A DNA stretch of 64,000 nucleotides from assembly GCA_045126825.1 (NCBI GenBank), contig JBGVPF010000078.1, positions 2,656 to 66,655 of the forward strand, read 5' to 3'. A program made the position numbers and the translations under genes. The notes under the pieces are model-generated. The model saw nothing but the letters and a program-made list of their open reading frames with translations. It was not told the DNA's origin and did no database searches. Source of the DNA: Alloprevotella sp. (lineage in GTDB: Bacteria > Bacteroidota > Bacteroidia > Bacteroidales > Bacteroidaceae). Positions 45,066-56,192 of the stretch are shown here, in pieces (position 1 is the first letter of the stretch; each line of letters opens with the position of its first letter).

Positions 45066-46223
45066 ATGTACACAAATCCCTACCCCAATCATCCCTCGCC
45101 TTGCTACATCCTTGAAGAAGAGAAGTTGCGCCGTAACCTCTCGCTCATCAAGAGCATAGCCGACCGAGCAGGTGTGGAATTTATCTTGGCGTTTAAGGCA
45201 TTTGCGCTTTGGAAAACCTTCCCCATCTTCCGCGAATACATCACCCACACTACCGCTTCGTCGCTCTACGAAGCACGCTTGGCGCTCGAGGAATTTGGTT
45301 CTAAAGCACACACCTATTCGCCCGCTTATGAGGACGAAACCTTCGATGAAATCGTGAAATGCTCAAGCCACATCTCCTTCAACTCGCTTACACAATTCGA
45401 GCGATTTGTTCGTCGTGCCGAGGGCGTGTCGTGTGGTGTGCGCATCAATCCGGAATATAGCGAAATCGAAACCGACCTCTACAATCCTTGCGCACCAGGT
45501 TCACGCTTCGGAGTCTTGGCAAAAGACCTTCCCGCCGAACTCCCCAAGAAAATTGAAGGGTTTCATTGCCATTGCCATTGCGAGAGTTCATCCTACGCCT
45601 TGGAAAACACCTTGCGCCACATAGAGAAGAAATTCGGAGCGTGGTTGCCCAAAATTAAATGGTTGAACCTTGGAGGTGGCCACTTGGTGACGCGTGCCGA
45701 TTACGATGTAGAGCACCTCATCGGCCTACTTCAAGCCTTCCGCGCGAAATATCCCAACCTCAAGGTCATTCTCGAACCCGGTTCTGCCTTTGCCTGGCAA
45801 ACAGGTCCGCTCGTGTCACGCGTGGTAGACATCATAGAAAATCACGGCATCAAAACCGCCATTCTCAACGTCTCATTCACGTGCCACATGCCCGATTGCC
45901 TTGAAATGCCCTACTGGCCACGCGTGAGAAACGCCGAAACCCTCGAGGGCGAAGACGCCGTAGGGCATGAAACCGAGCCATGCGTATACCGCCTGGGCGG
46001 AAACTCGTGCCTATCAGGCGATTTCATGGGATATTGGCGCTTCAATCGTACCCTTGAAGTGGGCGACACCATCATCTTTGAGGACATGATTCACTACACC
46101 ACGGTAAAGACCAATATGTTTAACGGCATCCACCATCCCTCACTTGCACTCCTCCACCTCGACGGTACCCTCAACGTGCTTCGTAATTATCACTACGAGG
46201 ATTATCGCGATCGAATGGATTAA
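45066..46223 (+). CDS. nspC: Carboxynorspermidine decarboxylase
   Basis: PSPCYILEE, ASSLYEA, YNPCAPGSRFG, CHMPDCLEMPY, DMIHYT, FNG. Start trimmed to MYTNPY. Confidence 0.93.
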   Translation: MYTNPYPNHPSPCYILEEEKLRRNLSLIKSIADRAGVEFILAFKAFALWKTFPIFREYITHTTASSLYEARLALEEFGSKAHTYSPAYEDETFDEIVKCSSHISFNSLTQFERFVRRAEGVSCGVRINPEYSEIETDLYNPCAPGSRFGVLAKDLPAELPKKIEGFHCHCHCESSSYALENTLRHIEKKFGAWLPKIKWLNLGGGHLVTRADYDVEHLIGLLQAFRAKYPNLKVILEPGSAFAWQTGPLVSRVVDIIENHGIKTAILNVSFTCHMPDCLEMPYWPRVRNAETLEGEDAVGHETEPCVYRLGGNSCLSGDFMGYWRFNRTLEVGDTIIFEDMIHYTTVKTNMFNGIHHPSLALLHLDGTLNVLRNYHYEDYRDRMD

Positions 46224-46318
46224 AATTTAGGTTATAGTTTATCAACTAAACATTAAGAGGGGATTTATCCCATTGATTCTCATAACCTAAAACCTTATAA
46301 CCTCATAACCTCCTCAAT

Positions 46319-48277
46319 ATGAAAGAAACAAATCTTCCAGAAAATGCCTTTCGTGAATTACGCGAAGGTGAAGAATACAAACCCTTGATGGAAGCAGGGA
46401 AGCACTATCGTGAAGTAACGCCCTGGTCAATCACATGGGGCATACTCATGGCAATTCTTTTCTCCGCCGCTACGGCATACTTAGGACTAAAAGTGGGTCA
46501 AGTGTTTGAAGCAGCCATCCCCATTACAATCATTGCCGTAGGTTTGGCTGGCGCTACGCATCGCAAGGATCCCATGGGCGAAAATGTCATAATCCAGAGC
46601 ATCGGAGCATGTTCGGGAATGATTGTAGCAGGTGCGATTTTCACACTCCCCGCCCTCTACATCCTTCAGCACACACATCCCGAAATCACCGTTAATTTCC
46701 TTTGGATTTTCTTGGCTTCCTTGCTCGGCGGTGCGCTCGGCATCTTGTTGCTTATTCCTTTCCGCAAGTATTTCGTTAAGGAAATGCACGGCAAATATCC
46801 CTTCCCCGAAGCAACGGCATCTACGCAAATCCTCCTTTCGGGAGAGAAGAGCGGAAGTAGCGCAAAGCCCTTGCTCGTAGCTGGTGTAATAGGCGGTCTT
46901 TATGACTTTGCCGTTGCTACCTTCGGTCTTTGGAATGAAAATTTCACCAGTCGTTGTTGTGAAATTGGGAGCACGATTGCCGAAAAGGCAAAGTTAGTGT
47001 TCTCATGTAACACCAGTGCCGCACTCCTCGGTATGGGATTTATCGTTGGTTTGAAGTATGCTACGATTATTTGTGCCGGTTCTGCCCTCGTTTGGTGGGG
47101 TATTGTACCTGCTATTTCGGTTCTCTTCCCCGACCTTGAGGTTGCTAACGGCATTACGGCGGAAAATGCGAGTGCCGAACAAATCTTTGGTTATGCCAAG
47201 AGTATTGGTATCGGCGCCATTGCTATGGCGGGTATCATAGGTGTAGTAAAGAGTTGGGGCGTAATCAAGAGTGCGTTTGCCTTGATCGGAAAGATTTCTA
47301 AGGGAGGCGCACAACAAGCGGAAGAAGTGCGTACACAACGCGACCTTTCGATGAAGATTATCGCCATCGGCACACTCATCACAATTTTGATGACCACCAT
47401 ATTCTTCTTCGTTGGTCCTATGGAGGGCAACTTGCTCTTCACTATCGTAGGCATCTTAATTGTTGCCGTAATTGCGTTCCTCTTTACAACGGTAGCCGCA
47501 AATGCTATCGCCATTGTAGGTTCTAACCCCGTGAGTGGTATGACACTCATGACGCTCATCCTCTCCAGCATCATCATGATGCTCGTAGGTTTGAACGGCA
47601 CTCACGGTATGGTAGCGGCCTTAATCATGGGCGGTGTGGTATGTACCGCACTCTCATCTGCTGGTGCCTTCATCACCGACTTAAAGATTGGTTATTGGCT
47701 CGGAAGTACGCCTAAATACCAGGAAACCTACAAATTCATCGGCGTATTAGTAAGTGCCGCAACCGTAGGTGGCGTGATCATGATTCTCCAAAAGGTATAT
47801 GGATTTACACCTGACAATGCCGACGTTATGGCGGCACCTCAAGCACGCGCAATGGCGGGTGTTATCGAACCGCTTATGAGTGGCGAAGGTGCACCTTGGT
47901 TACTCTACGGCATTGGTGCGCTTATCTCTTTGGTGCTCAACTTCTTTGGCATTCCCGCTTTGGCTTTTGCCTTGGGTATGTTCATTCCCTTGCAACTCAA
48001 CCTTCCCCTTATCGTAGGCGGTGCCATCAACTGGTTTGTAGGTTCACGCACGAAGGACGAAAAGGTGAATAATGCTCGCATCGAAAAGGGCACATTGCTT
48101 GCTTCTGGGTTTATTGCCGGTGGCGCCTTGATGGGCGTAGCAAGTGCAGCGCTTCAATTCGGCGGTATCAAGTTTGACAATAGTGCATGGCTCGATAATC
48201 CTTCAAGCGAAATCTTGAGCCTCGCTTGCTACTTGCTATTGATTTGCTATTTGATTAAGGCAACATGTAAGAAATAA
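46319..48277 (+). CDS. OPT-family oligopeptide transporter
   Basis: YLGLKVG, ENVIIQSIG, FPEATA, DLKIGYWLG, APQA; many TM segments. Confidence 0.92.
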   Translation: MKETNLPENAFRELREGEEYKPLMEAGKHYREVTPWSITWGILMAILFSAATAYLGLKVGQVFEAAIPITIIAVGLAGATHRKDPMGENVIIQSIGACSGMIVAGAIFTLPALYILQHTHPEITVNFLWIFLASLLGGALGILLLIPFRKYFVKEMHGKYPFPEATASTQILLSGEKSGSSAKPLLVAGVIGGLYDFAVATFGLWNENFTSRCCEIGSTIAEKAKLVFSCNTSAALLGMGFIVGLKYATIICAGSALVWWGIVPAISVLFPDLEVANGITAENASAEQIFGYAKSIGIGAIAMAGIIGVVKSWGVIKSAFALIGKISKGGAQQAEEVRTQRDLSMKIIAIGTLITILMTTIFFFVGPMEGNLLFTIVGILIVAVIAFLFTTVAANAIAIVGSNPVSGMTLMTLILSSIIMMLVGLNGTHGMVAALIMGGVVCTALSSAGAFITDLKIGYWLGSTPKYQETYKFIGVLVSAATVGGVIMILQKVYGFTPDNADVMAAPQARAMAGVIEPLMSGEGAPWLLYGIGALISLVLNFFGIPALAFALGMFIPLQLNLPLIVGGAINWFVGSRTKDEKVNNARIEKGTLLASGFIAGGALMGVASAALQFGGIKFDNSAWLDNPSSEILSLACYLLLICYLIKATCKK

Positions 48278-48282
48278 GCACC

Positions 48283-49053
48283 ATGCTTACGAAAAACAAA
48301 ATCAAATACATCACCTCCCTGGCGAAGAAGAAATTTCGCGATGAGGAGGGCGTATTCCTTGCGGAAGGTGCGAAGGTAGTGGGAGATATTCTCCCCTACT
48401 TTCGTTGCCTTATGCTTTGTGGCACAAAAGAATATCTTTCACAACACCCCGAGGTGAAGGCCGATGAGATTATTGAAATCTCGGAAGCCGAACTCCAAAA
48501 GTGCTCTCAATTAAAAACACCCCGCGATGTGATTGCCGTGTTCCGCCAACCCACGCCATCTCCCCTATCCGGTGAAGTGATGCGTGAGGAACTCTCCATC
48601 GTGCTCGACGGAGTGCAAGACCCTGGCAACCTCGGCACGATCATCCGACTTGCCGATTGGTTTGGCATTCACCACATCATTTGCTCGGAAGACACCGCCG
48701 ACTCCTTTGCCCCCAAGGTTATTCAAGCTACAATGGGCGCCATTACGCGTGTCGCACTCCATTACACAAACCTAACCCGTTTTCTCTCTTCCATTCCTCA
48801 AGGCATCCCCGTTTACGGCACCTTCCTCGAAGGCGAAAACATCTACGGCAAAACGCTCTCTCCCAATGGTTTGCTTATTATGGGTAATGAAGGAAACGGT
48901 ATTCGTCCCGAAACGCAAGCATTCATCAATCAAAAGCTCTTCATCCCTCCTCATCCAGCAGGATGCGAGACCTCGGAAAGCCTAAACGTGGCCATCGCCA
49001 CCGCCATTTGTTGTGCGGAATTTAGAAGACAACTTCATTGCCAAACAAGGTAA
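48283..49053 (+). CDS. TrmH/SpoU RNA methyltransferase
   Basis: DGVQDPGNLGTIIR, GNEGNGI, ESLNVA. Confidence 0.93.
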   Translation: MLTKNKIKYITSLAKKKFRDEEGVFLAEGAKVVGDILPYFRCLMLCGTKEYLSQHPEVKADEIIEISEAELQKCSQLKTPRDVIAVFRQPTPSPLSGEVMREELSIVLDGVQDPGNLGTIIRLADWFGIHHIICSEDTADSFAPKVIQATMGAITRVALHYTNLTRFLSSIPQGIPVYGTFLEGENIYGKTLSPNGLLIMGNEGNGIRPETQAFINQKLFIPPHPAGCETSESLNVAIATAICCAEFRRQLHCQTR

Positions 49054-49090
49054 ACCGAGAGAGCAAAAAATAGAAGGGACTTCTTAAAAA

Positions 49091-49150
49091 TTATGTGCCG
49101 AATAATTTAATTTATGTGCCGAATAATTTTAATTAAGTCCGAGATAATTT
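49091..49150 (+). repeat. 21-bp period tandem repeat (TTATGTGCCGAATAATTT core)
   Basis: Two near-perfect units plus one degenerate unit; related units at 55458-55521. Confidence 0.8.
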
Positions 49151-49233
49151 TCGTTTTATCCTATATTCGTCAGTAAGTTACACCTTACATTCGGGAAATC
49201 ACCTATAAATCAGCAAGAACCACGCATCAAGTA

Positions 49234-50448
49234 ATGTATTACATACCCTTTCTCCTCATCATCTTCATTTGGTTGCCCCTCCTCTTTATTTTAAGATGGA
49301 GGTACTACCGCATGCCCTTGCTTTCAAAGGGGAAAGGCGAAGAGGAGGAGAAAGAAGCATTACCTATAACCATCGTGATTCCACTTGAGGGTGAGGAATC
49401 TGGACTTAACGACCTGATTACTTGCATCTTCAACCAGCATTATGCGGGAGCAATTCATGTACTTATCGCCAATTACTCGGGCGAGAAGTCCGTTGAAGAA
49501 ACGCTACTCCGCTTGGAGCGAGATTTTCGCCATCTTAAGCACACGAACATCGCTACGACTACGCACCTCATTGATCGTGAGAAGTTGGCCGTGAGCGTTG
49601 GCGTCAAAGGTGCACGCACCGAATGGGTGATGCTCCTTAATGCCGATGTGTTTCCTCCTTCGCCTAATTGGTTGAGGGAAATGATGGAAGCCCGTAAGCA
49701 CGATTGTAACATTGTCGTAGGATATTCTAATAATGCGGTAAGTGCAGGAAATACCTCGCTATGGCACTACGATGTGCACCTTCAAAACATACTAAATTAT
49801 AAGGTTTCACGCCGGGGACACTATACGGGTGGATATTTGACGCATGCCCTCGTGAGTAGAAGTCATTTCCTGGAGCAACAAGGTTTCTTCAATCAACACA
49901 CGCGCCTTACTATCGGCACCCTCCCCTTACTTGTAGAACACCTCTCAAAGACTGGACGCGTTTGTGCATCTCTCTCCATGGATACCCGTGTGCTTAAAGC
50001 CGATTCGCATGCAAGCGATTTTCACCAAGATGCCTTGGAGCACCACATTATATATTATTATACGTCACCCAAGACAAGGATTCTTAACGCGATTTACAAT
50101 ATCAGCACCTACTTTTTACTCACACTTCCCCTACTCCTCCTCTACACGATTATTCAAAATGTAGTTTTATGGATGCATTATAGCGGAAGCATCACCTCAC
50201 TCAACGCTCTCACTTTAACCCCGAGTTCACCGATTATTTGGGAGGTTGTCTCACACACATTCATCATCATTACACTCCTCTTAACACTCATCATCCCCCT
50301 ACGACGATTACATCAAAGTTTTGAAGGAGTATGCATTCCTATAAGTTACCCTAAACTTCTCATATACCCATTTTTACTCCCCATCAACCGCACTTACCTG
50401 CGAGTTTTGGCATTTTTCAACCGTAAGAAGTGCGTCAGACGACTCTAA
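49234..50448 (+). CDS. GT2-like membrane glycosyltransferase (divergent)
   Basis: N-terminal TM, PITIVIP, NQHY, KLAVSVGVKGA, LNADVFPPSPNWL, C-terminal TMs. Confidence 0.7.
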   Translation: MYYIPFLLIIFIWLPLLFILRWRYYRMPLLSKGKGEEEEKEALPITIVIPLEGEESGLNDLITCIFNQHYAGAIHVLIANYSGEKSVEETLLRLERDFRHLKHTNIATTTHLIDREKLAVSVGVKGARTEWVMLLNADVFPPSPNWLREMMEARKHDCNIVVGYSNNAVSAGNTSLWHYDVHLQNILNYKVSRRGHYTGGYLTHALVSRSHFLEQQGFFNQHTRLTIGTLPLLVEHLSKTGRVCASLSMDTRVLKADSHASDFHQDALEHHIIYYYTSPKTRILNAIYNISTYFLLTLPLLLLYTIIQNVVLWMHYSGSITSLNALTLTPSSPIIWEVVSHTFIIITLLLTLIIPLRRLHQSFEGVCIPISYPKLLIYPFLLPINRTYLRVLAFFNRKKCVRRL

Positions 50449-50511
50449 TAGGTAAAAAATGACGTTGAAAAATGTGTCAAAACTAAAAAAAGTAGTAACT
50501 TTGCACTCGCT

Positions 50512-50982
50512 ATGGCAATAATGGACCTTCTAAATATCAATCTCTCAAAAATTCCTTCTGACGGAATGAAGTTGGAAATGACTCTTAACGGAGACTTTTT
50601 CGCAGCGTTAGATCAGGAAACCATTAAGGGCGGAAATGTCAAGGTAAACTTGAATATCCGCGAACATTCAGGAGAGGTTTATACCTTGAAGTTCGTTATC
50701 CAAGGCGAAGTAATAGTTGAATGCGACAGATGTCTCGATGACCTGGCCCTTGTCGTTGATGCCGAGGAGACCATCAAACTTACCTATAATGATGAATCCG
50801 ACTCCACGGCTGATGACATTAAATTCATCCCCAAGAATACGAACATGTACGACGCTTCTTGGGACGTCTACGAAATCGTGGAACTTTCACTCCCTATTCA
50901 GCGCACCCACCAAGTGGGGGAGTGTAATGAGGACATGCTCAATCGCATTTGCTACGAGAATGATGAGTGTTTAGACGAATAA
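50512..50982 (+). CDS. yceD: YceD/DUF177 protein
   Basis: ECDRCLD motif; lies upstream of rpmF. The -7 box at 50496-50503 suggests the start may be 50521. Confidence 0.88.
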   Translation: MAIMDLLNINLSKIPSDGMKLEMTLNGDFFAALDQETIKGGNVKVNLNIREHSGEVYTLKFVIQGEVIVECDRCLDDLALVVDAEETIKLTYNDESDSTADDIKFIPKNTNMYDASWDVYEIVELSLPIQRTHQVGECNEDMLNRICYENDECLDE

Positions 50983-51053
50983 TTGCTGAACTAAAACTCT
51001 AAACACAATCTTACAACACTAAAATTTAACACATCTAAAATTTTTCAAACAAA

Positions 51054-51242
51054 ATGGCACATCCTAAAAGAAGACAGTCAAAGACAAGAACACTTAAGCG
51101 TCGTACACATGACAAGGCAGTAGCTCCTACACTCGCAGTTTGCGCTAATTGCGGTGGTTGGCACATCTACCACACTGTATGTCCCACTTGTGGTTACTAT
51201 CGTGGTAAGCTCGCTATCGTAGTTGACGAAGTTGCTGAATAA
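51054..51242 (+). CDS. rpmF: 50S ribosomal protein L32 (Zn-ribbon form)
   Basis: MAHPKRRQSK..CANC..HTVCPTCGYYRG. Confidence 0.97.
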   Translation: MAHPKRRQSKTRTLKRRTHDKAVAPTLAVCANCGGWHIYHTVCPTCGYYRGKLAIVVDEVAE

Positions 51243-51381
51243 TCAACTTTTATACAAGGGAGTTAAAAGCTGAAAGTTTACAAACACGTGCTTATAAATG
51301 TGTGAGTCTCTTTTTGCTTTTAACTCCATATTTTTTAGGTTAGTCCCTTGATTGGAAACTCCAACAATCCCCTTAACAACT

Positions 51382-52380
51382 ATGGAAAAAATCAATGCAG
51401 TAATCACTGGTGTTGGTGGTTATGTACCAGAATACGTTTTGAGTAACGATGAACTCTCGCGCATGGTTGACACCAACGACGAGTGGATCATGACTCGAAT
51501 TGGCATTAAGGAACGTCGTCTCCTTAATGAAGAAGGTCTTGGCACAAGTTATATGGCACGCAAGGCAGTGAAGCAACTTCTTGAAAAGACGGGCACTGAC
51601 CCTCTTGAAATTGATTGCATCATCGTTGCAACATCTACGCCCGACTTCCATTTCCCTTCAACAGCAAGCATAGTTTTGGGAAGAGTTGGCATGAAGAATG
51701 CTCACGCTATTGACATGCAAGCAGCTTGTTGTGGATTCCTCTATGCAATGGACACCGCCGCAAGTTTGATCCAAAGCGGAAGATACAAGAAGGTTGTCGT
51801 TTGTGGTGCCGACAAGATGTCAAGTGCCGTTGACTATACCGACCGCGCAACTTGTCCCATCTTTGGTGACGGTGCTGCTGCTGTGTTGGTAGAAGGTTCA
51901 ACTGAAGAATACGGATGGATGGATTCTCACCTCCGCACCGACGGCCTTGGTCTCCCCTACCTCTGCATGAAGGCAGGTGGTTCGGTTTGTCCTCCCTCAC
52001 ATTATACGATTGAGCATCGCATGCACTTCGTTCATCAGGAAGGAAAGACGGTATTTAAGTTCGCTGTTACCAACATGACCGACGCTTGTACGAAGATTGC
52101 GGAACGTAACAACCTCACAAAAGAAAATATCTCTTGGGTACTTCCTCATCAAGCGAATGTACGCATCATTGAAGCGGTTTCTGCACGTCTTGAAGTTGAA
52201 CCAGAAATGGTGATGATGAATATCCAAAAATATGGTAACACCTCTGCCGCATCTCTTCCCCTCGCATTGTGGGATTACGAAAAGCAGTTGAAGAAGGGCG
52301 ACAACCTCATCCTCACCGCCTTCGGTGCTGGTTTCACATGGGGTGCAGCATATCTCAAGTGGGCTTATGATGGAAAATAA
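51382..52380 (+). CDS. fabH: Beta-ketoacyl-ACP synthase III
   Basis: [39 protein letters not shown]. Confidence 0.96.
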   Translation: MEKINAVITGVGGYVPEYVLSNDELSRMVDTNDEWIMTRIGIKERRLLNEEGLGTSYMARKAVKQLLEKTGTDPLEIDCIIVATSTPDFHFPSTASIVLGRVGMKNAHAIDMQAACCGFLYAMDTAASLIQSGRYKKVVVCGADKMSSAVDYTDRATCPIFGDGAAAVLVEGSTEEYGWMDSHLRTDGLGLPYLCMKAGGSVCPPSHYTIEHRMHFVHQEGKTVFKFAVTNMTDACTKIAERNNLTKENISWVLPHQANVRIIEAVSARLEVEPEMVMMNIQKYGNTSAASLPLALWDYEKQLKKGDNLILTAFGAGFTWGAAYLKWAYDGK

Positions 52381-53266
52381 ACCCAACCACAAAGCGGGGT
52401 TTGTCAACATTGTTGGCAATCCGAATGTTGGGAAAAGCACATTGATGAACCTCCTCATGGGTGAGCGTATTTCTATCGCCACTTTTAAGGCTCAAACCAC
52501 ACGCCACCGCATTATGGGAATCATCAACTCTGAGGATGCACAAATTGTGTTTTCAGACACACCTGGAGTATTGAAACCCAATTACAAACTTCAGGAGTCA
52601 ATGCTCGCCTTCTCGGAGTCAGCGCTCCAAGATGCAGACGTTTTACTCTATGTAACAGATGTCATTGAGCAACCCGACAAAAACATTGAATTTCTTGAAA
52701 AGGTGCAGAAGTTGAATGTCCCCATCTTGCTGCTCATCAATAAGATTGACCTTTCAGACCAAAAGAAATTGGAGGCACTTGTGATGGAGTGGAAGAAATT
52801 CCTTCCCACGGCAGAGATTTTCCCAATTTCAGCACAGGCAAAGTTCAACGTTGATAATGTGCTTAAGCGCATCAAAGAGCTTATTCCGCTGTCACCTCCC
52901 TATTTCGAGAAGGACCAGTGGACAGACAAACCCGCACGATTCTTCGTCACGGAAATCATCCGCGAGAAGATATTGCTTTACTACGATAAGGAAATCCCCT
53001 ACTCCGTTGAAGTTGTTGTTGAACAATTTAAGGAGAGCGACAAAAGCATTCACATCAATGCCATTATTTATGTGGAGCGCGACTCGCAAAAGGGAATTAT
53101 CATCGGACACAAAGGCGTAGCCCTGAAGAAAGTAAGTACAGAGGCACGCAAGACATTAGAGAAGTTTTTCCAGAAGAGCATCTTCCTTGAAGTCTTTGTT
53201 AAGGTTGACAAGGATTGGAGAAACTCTACGAAGCGCTTAGAGAGCTACGGTTATTCTCACGAATAA
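52370..53266 (+). CDS. era: GTPase Era
   Basis: [27 protein letters not shown]-domain IIIGHKG; overlaps the fabH stop. Confidence 0.96.
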   Translation: MENKPNHKAGFVNIVGNPNVGKSTLMNLLMGERISIATFKAQTTRHRIMGIINSEDAQIVFSDTPGVLKPNYKLQESMLAFSESALQDADVLLYVTDVIEQPDKNIEFLEKVQKLNVPILLLINKIDLSDQKKLEALVMEWKKFLPTAEIFPISAQAKFNVDNVLKRIKELIPLSPPYFEKDQWTDKPARFFVTEIIREKILLYYDKEIPYSVEVVVEQFKESDKSIHINAIIYVERDSQKGIIIGHKGVALKKVSTEARKTLEKFFQKSIFLEVFVKVDKDWRNSTKRLESYGYSHE

Positions 53267-53319
53267 AAAGAGTAGGTCTACGAAGCACTTCGCATATTCA
53301 CATTTAACATTAGAAAAAT

Positions 53320-54636
53320 ATGGCATTAGTTGCAATAGTAGGCCGCCCCAATGTTGGCAAATCTACACTCTTTAACCGCCTTACTGGTACACGTTCAGCT
53401 ATCGTTTCTGACGAAGCAGGCACAACGCGTGACCGTCAGTATGGTAAGGTAGAATGGTGTCAGCGCGAATTTTCAATCGTTGACACTGGTGGTTGGGTTG
53501 TCAATAGCGACGATATTTTTGAAGAAGAAATCCGTAAGCAAGTAAAGTTGGCAACAGAAGAAGCTGACCTTATCCTCTTCGTTGTTGATATTAAGAATGG
53601 TGTTACAGATTTGGACGAACAGGTCGCAGGCATTCTTCGCCGCACAAAGAACCTCCCTATCATCCTTTGCACCAACAAGACGGACAGCAATGAAGACCGC
53701 TATGCTTCAGCAGAATTTTATGCTCTCGGTCTTGGGGATCCTTTCTGTGTAAGTGCTGCTACAGGTTCTGGAACAGGCGATTTGCTCGACCAAATCGTTG
53801 AAAAGTTAGGCGCAGAAAAAGCGGAAGCCGAGGGTGAAGACAACATCCCCCGCTTTGCTATCGTCGGACGCCCTAACGCAGGTAAGTCAAGTCTTATCAA
53901 TGCCTTTATCGGAGAAGATCGTCACATTGTTACCGACATTGCAGGTACTACTCGCGACTCTATCCTTACGCGCTACGACAAGTTTGGTTTCGACTTCTAC
54001 CTCGTTGATACAGCTGGTATCCGTAAGAAAAACAAGGTTACAGAAGACCTTGAATTCTACTCTGTAATGCGCTCTATCAGAGCGATTGAAAACTCTGATG
54101 TGTGTATCCTTCTTATTGATGCTACTCGTGGCATTGAAAGTCAGGATATGAATATCTTCCAACTCATTCAGCGCAACAACAAGAGTCTTGTAGTAGTCGT
54201 TAATAAGTGGGACACCGTAGAAGATAAGTCGCAACAAGTCATCTCTACCTTTGAGAATGCCATCCGCGAACGTATGGCTCCTTTCAAGGACTTCCCCATC
54301 ATCTTCGGTTCTGCTCTTACCAAGCAGCGCATCTTTAAGGTACTTGAAACGGCGAAGGAGGTTTACCTCAACCGCACGCGTCGCATCACTACGCACAAAC
54401 TTAACGAAGAAATGCTTCCCCTCATTGAGGCATATCCTCCTCCTTCAATCAAGGGTAAGTATATCAAGATTAAATATTGCGCACAGTTGCCCAACACGCA
54501 GATTCCCTCATTCGTGTTCTACTGCAACTTGCCTCAATACGTCAAGGAACCCTACAAGCGCTTCCTTGAAAATAAGATTCGCGAAAAGTGGGACTTTAAT
54601 GGTACACCCATTAACATTTTTATCCGACAAAAGTAA
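53320..54636 (+). CDS. der: Ribosome biogenesis GTPase Der
   Basis: Two G domains ([21 protein letters not shown] twice). Confidence 0.97.
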   Translation: MALVAIVGRPNVGKSTLFNRLTGTRSAIVSDEAGTTRDRQYGKVEWCQREFSIVDTGGWVVNSDDIFEEEIRKQVKLATEEADLILFVVDIKNGVTDLDEQVAGILRRTKNLPIILCTNKTDSNEDRYASAEFYALGLGDPFCVSAATGSGTGDLLDQIVEKLGAEKAEAEGEDNIPRFAIVGRPNAGKSSLINAFIGEDRHIVTDIAGTTRDSILTRYDKFGFDFYLVDTAGIRKKNKVTEDLEFYSVMRSIRAIENSDVCILLIDATRGIESQDMNIFQLIQRNNKSLVVVVNKWDTVEDKSQQVISTFENAIRERMAPFKDFPIIFGSALTKQRIFKVLETAKEVYLNRTRRITTHKLNEEMLPLIEAYPPPSIKGKYIKIKYCAQLPNTQIPSFVFYCNLPQYVKEPYKRFLENKIREKWDFNGTPINIFIRQK

Positions 54637-54645
54637 TCATCGAGA

Positions 54646-55104
54646 ATGAATGAAATGACGATGAAGGTAAACTCTCGATTTTACATATTAAAGAAGACTT
54701 ACACCCATTTCTTTACAATAGGTGTGAGTCTCTTTTTTCTTTTTTCCTGTGCAAAATCTCAAACCGAGCAAAGCTCTATGGAGGATGGTCCGACTAACGA
54801 AGAAATTCATAAAATTTATACCCACTATATTAAAGGACACTATAGTGAATATGTTAGTCATATAGCTTCATGCCAAGGGAAACCACGTTTCTATAAGGAA
54901 CAACTAATTAACCTCTACAAACAACAATTGGCAGAGCAATTAAAAATGCATGGAAATATTGATTCAATAAAAATAGAGCGTGTTTATAAGAGCAGTACCA
55001 ATCAATATGCCAATGTCTACATTCGCCATTTTTACGATAAATCATCGTCCGAAGAAGTGCTATTGCAAATGGTGTATACAGAAAAAGGATGGAAGATAAA
55101 GTAA
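54646..55104 (+). CDS. Hypothetical lipoprotein (NTF2-like/DUF4878-like)
   Basis: Lipobox LFSC; C-terminal GWKIK. Start position uncertain. Confidence 0.7.
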   Translation: MNEMTMKVNSRFYILKKTYTHFFTIGVSLFFLFSCAKSQTEQSSMEDGPTNEEIHKIYTHYIKGHYSEYVSHIASCQGKPRFYKEQLINLYKQQLAEQLKMHGNIDSIKIERVYKSSTNQYANVYIRHFYDKSSSEEVLLQMVYTEKGWKIK

Positions 55105-55457
55105 AACACTTATATAGCAAATTGGCAATATTATAGGAGTTACTTTCGTGACCCTTTGATCCTTTTTTGCCACATCTGGAATTTATGCGTTAATAGTCCT
55201 CCTACAGTTTACCAAAAATGAAATTTTGAGGATAAATAAAGCAAACTCCTCATTCTGTGTAAGTTGTGCGTTAAAAATAAGGTGAAAAACCTTTGAAAAA
55301 GTGAGATAATGGACCGTGGTTGCGTTATTTCAAGTCAAACAAACCATGCGCAGAAAATAACGCATTCTCAGCAAGCCAATTGCGCATTTTTTGGGTTGGA
55401 AGGTCTGTAAAACTTTAACTTTTATTAAGAAGATTTAACATTCCAACTGACCTGCAG

Positions 55458-55521
55458 AAAAATATTCGGCACCTAAAAAAAAATATTCGGCACCTATTTT
55501 TTACAAGGTGCCGAATAATTT
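55458..55521. repeat. 21-bp period repeat AAATATTCGGCACCT twice plus an inverted copy
   Basis: Reverse complement of the 49091 family core GTGCCGAATA. Confidence 0.75.
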
Positions 55522-55584
55522 TTGCCCAAACAGGTGTTTTTTTTGAAAGTTCCCCGAAATTTCATACTGATAATCAGGTACTTA

Positions 55585-55662
55585 AAAAGGAGGTGTTACC
55601 CAATTGGGTTACACCTCCTTTCCTGCAATGCAAAGATAATACATTTTGAAGCGAAATGCAAA
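55585..55662 (-). promoter_or_regulatory. Orphan promoter (TTTG-N20-TATCTTTG) followed immediately by a terminator-like hairpin
   Basis: -33 box at 55659-55662, -7 box at 55631-55638, hairpin 55586-55621 followed by a T run on the minus strand. Confidence 0.55.
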
Positions 55663-55838
55663 TCGCCTTTTTTACGTCGCAGGGACTTTTGTGCGAAAAA
55701 TATTGACAAAACAAAATCCTCAAATAAATCGGTAATAATATTATTGCTTCTATATAACAAAACCCTCAACAAGCACGTTACGGCACTGTTTTGTTTGTAT
55801 TTAGGCAATGTAGACACTTCAGCAAATCACTTTCGTAA

Positions 55839-56133
55839 TGCCCCCGTAGGAGGGCACACATGCTTAACCGCTGGTGAGCAAGGCGAACCTGCGGATTGGG
55901 GATTACAACTGTGTTTTTCTATCGGTCCCCGTAGGAGGACCCACAACAACTGGATATACTACAAGTTGTTGAACTTGTCTTGTTGTTTTCCCCTCACTTC
56001 TCTGTTTTGACTGATACCATTGGTTGCTGTGGGTCCTCCTACGGTGACCGATACATTCATTCGCTTGTAGTCAACCACCGCAGGTTCACTGCGTTCACCC
56101 GCGGTTATGCAAGTGTGCCCTCCTACGGGGGCA
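55839..56133. repeat. REP-doublet (REPIN-like) inverted repeat with four CCCCGTAGGAGG-type palindromes
   Basis: Arms 55839-55950 and 56023-56133 are imperfect reverse complements. Confidence 0.88.
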
Positions 56134-56192
56134 ATGCAAGCATAACTACCAGTTGTTATATCTCATTTTTGTTTGCCTTTAGGCAATGGGAA

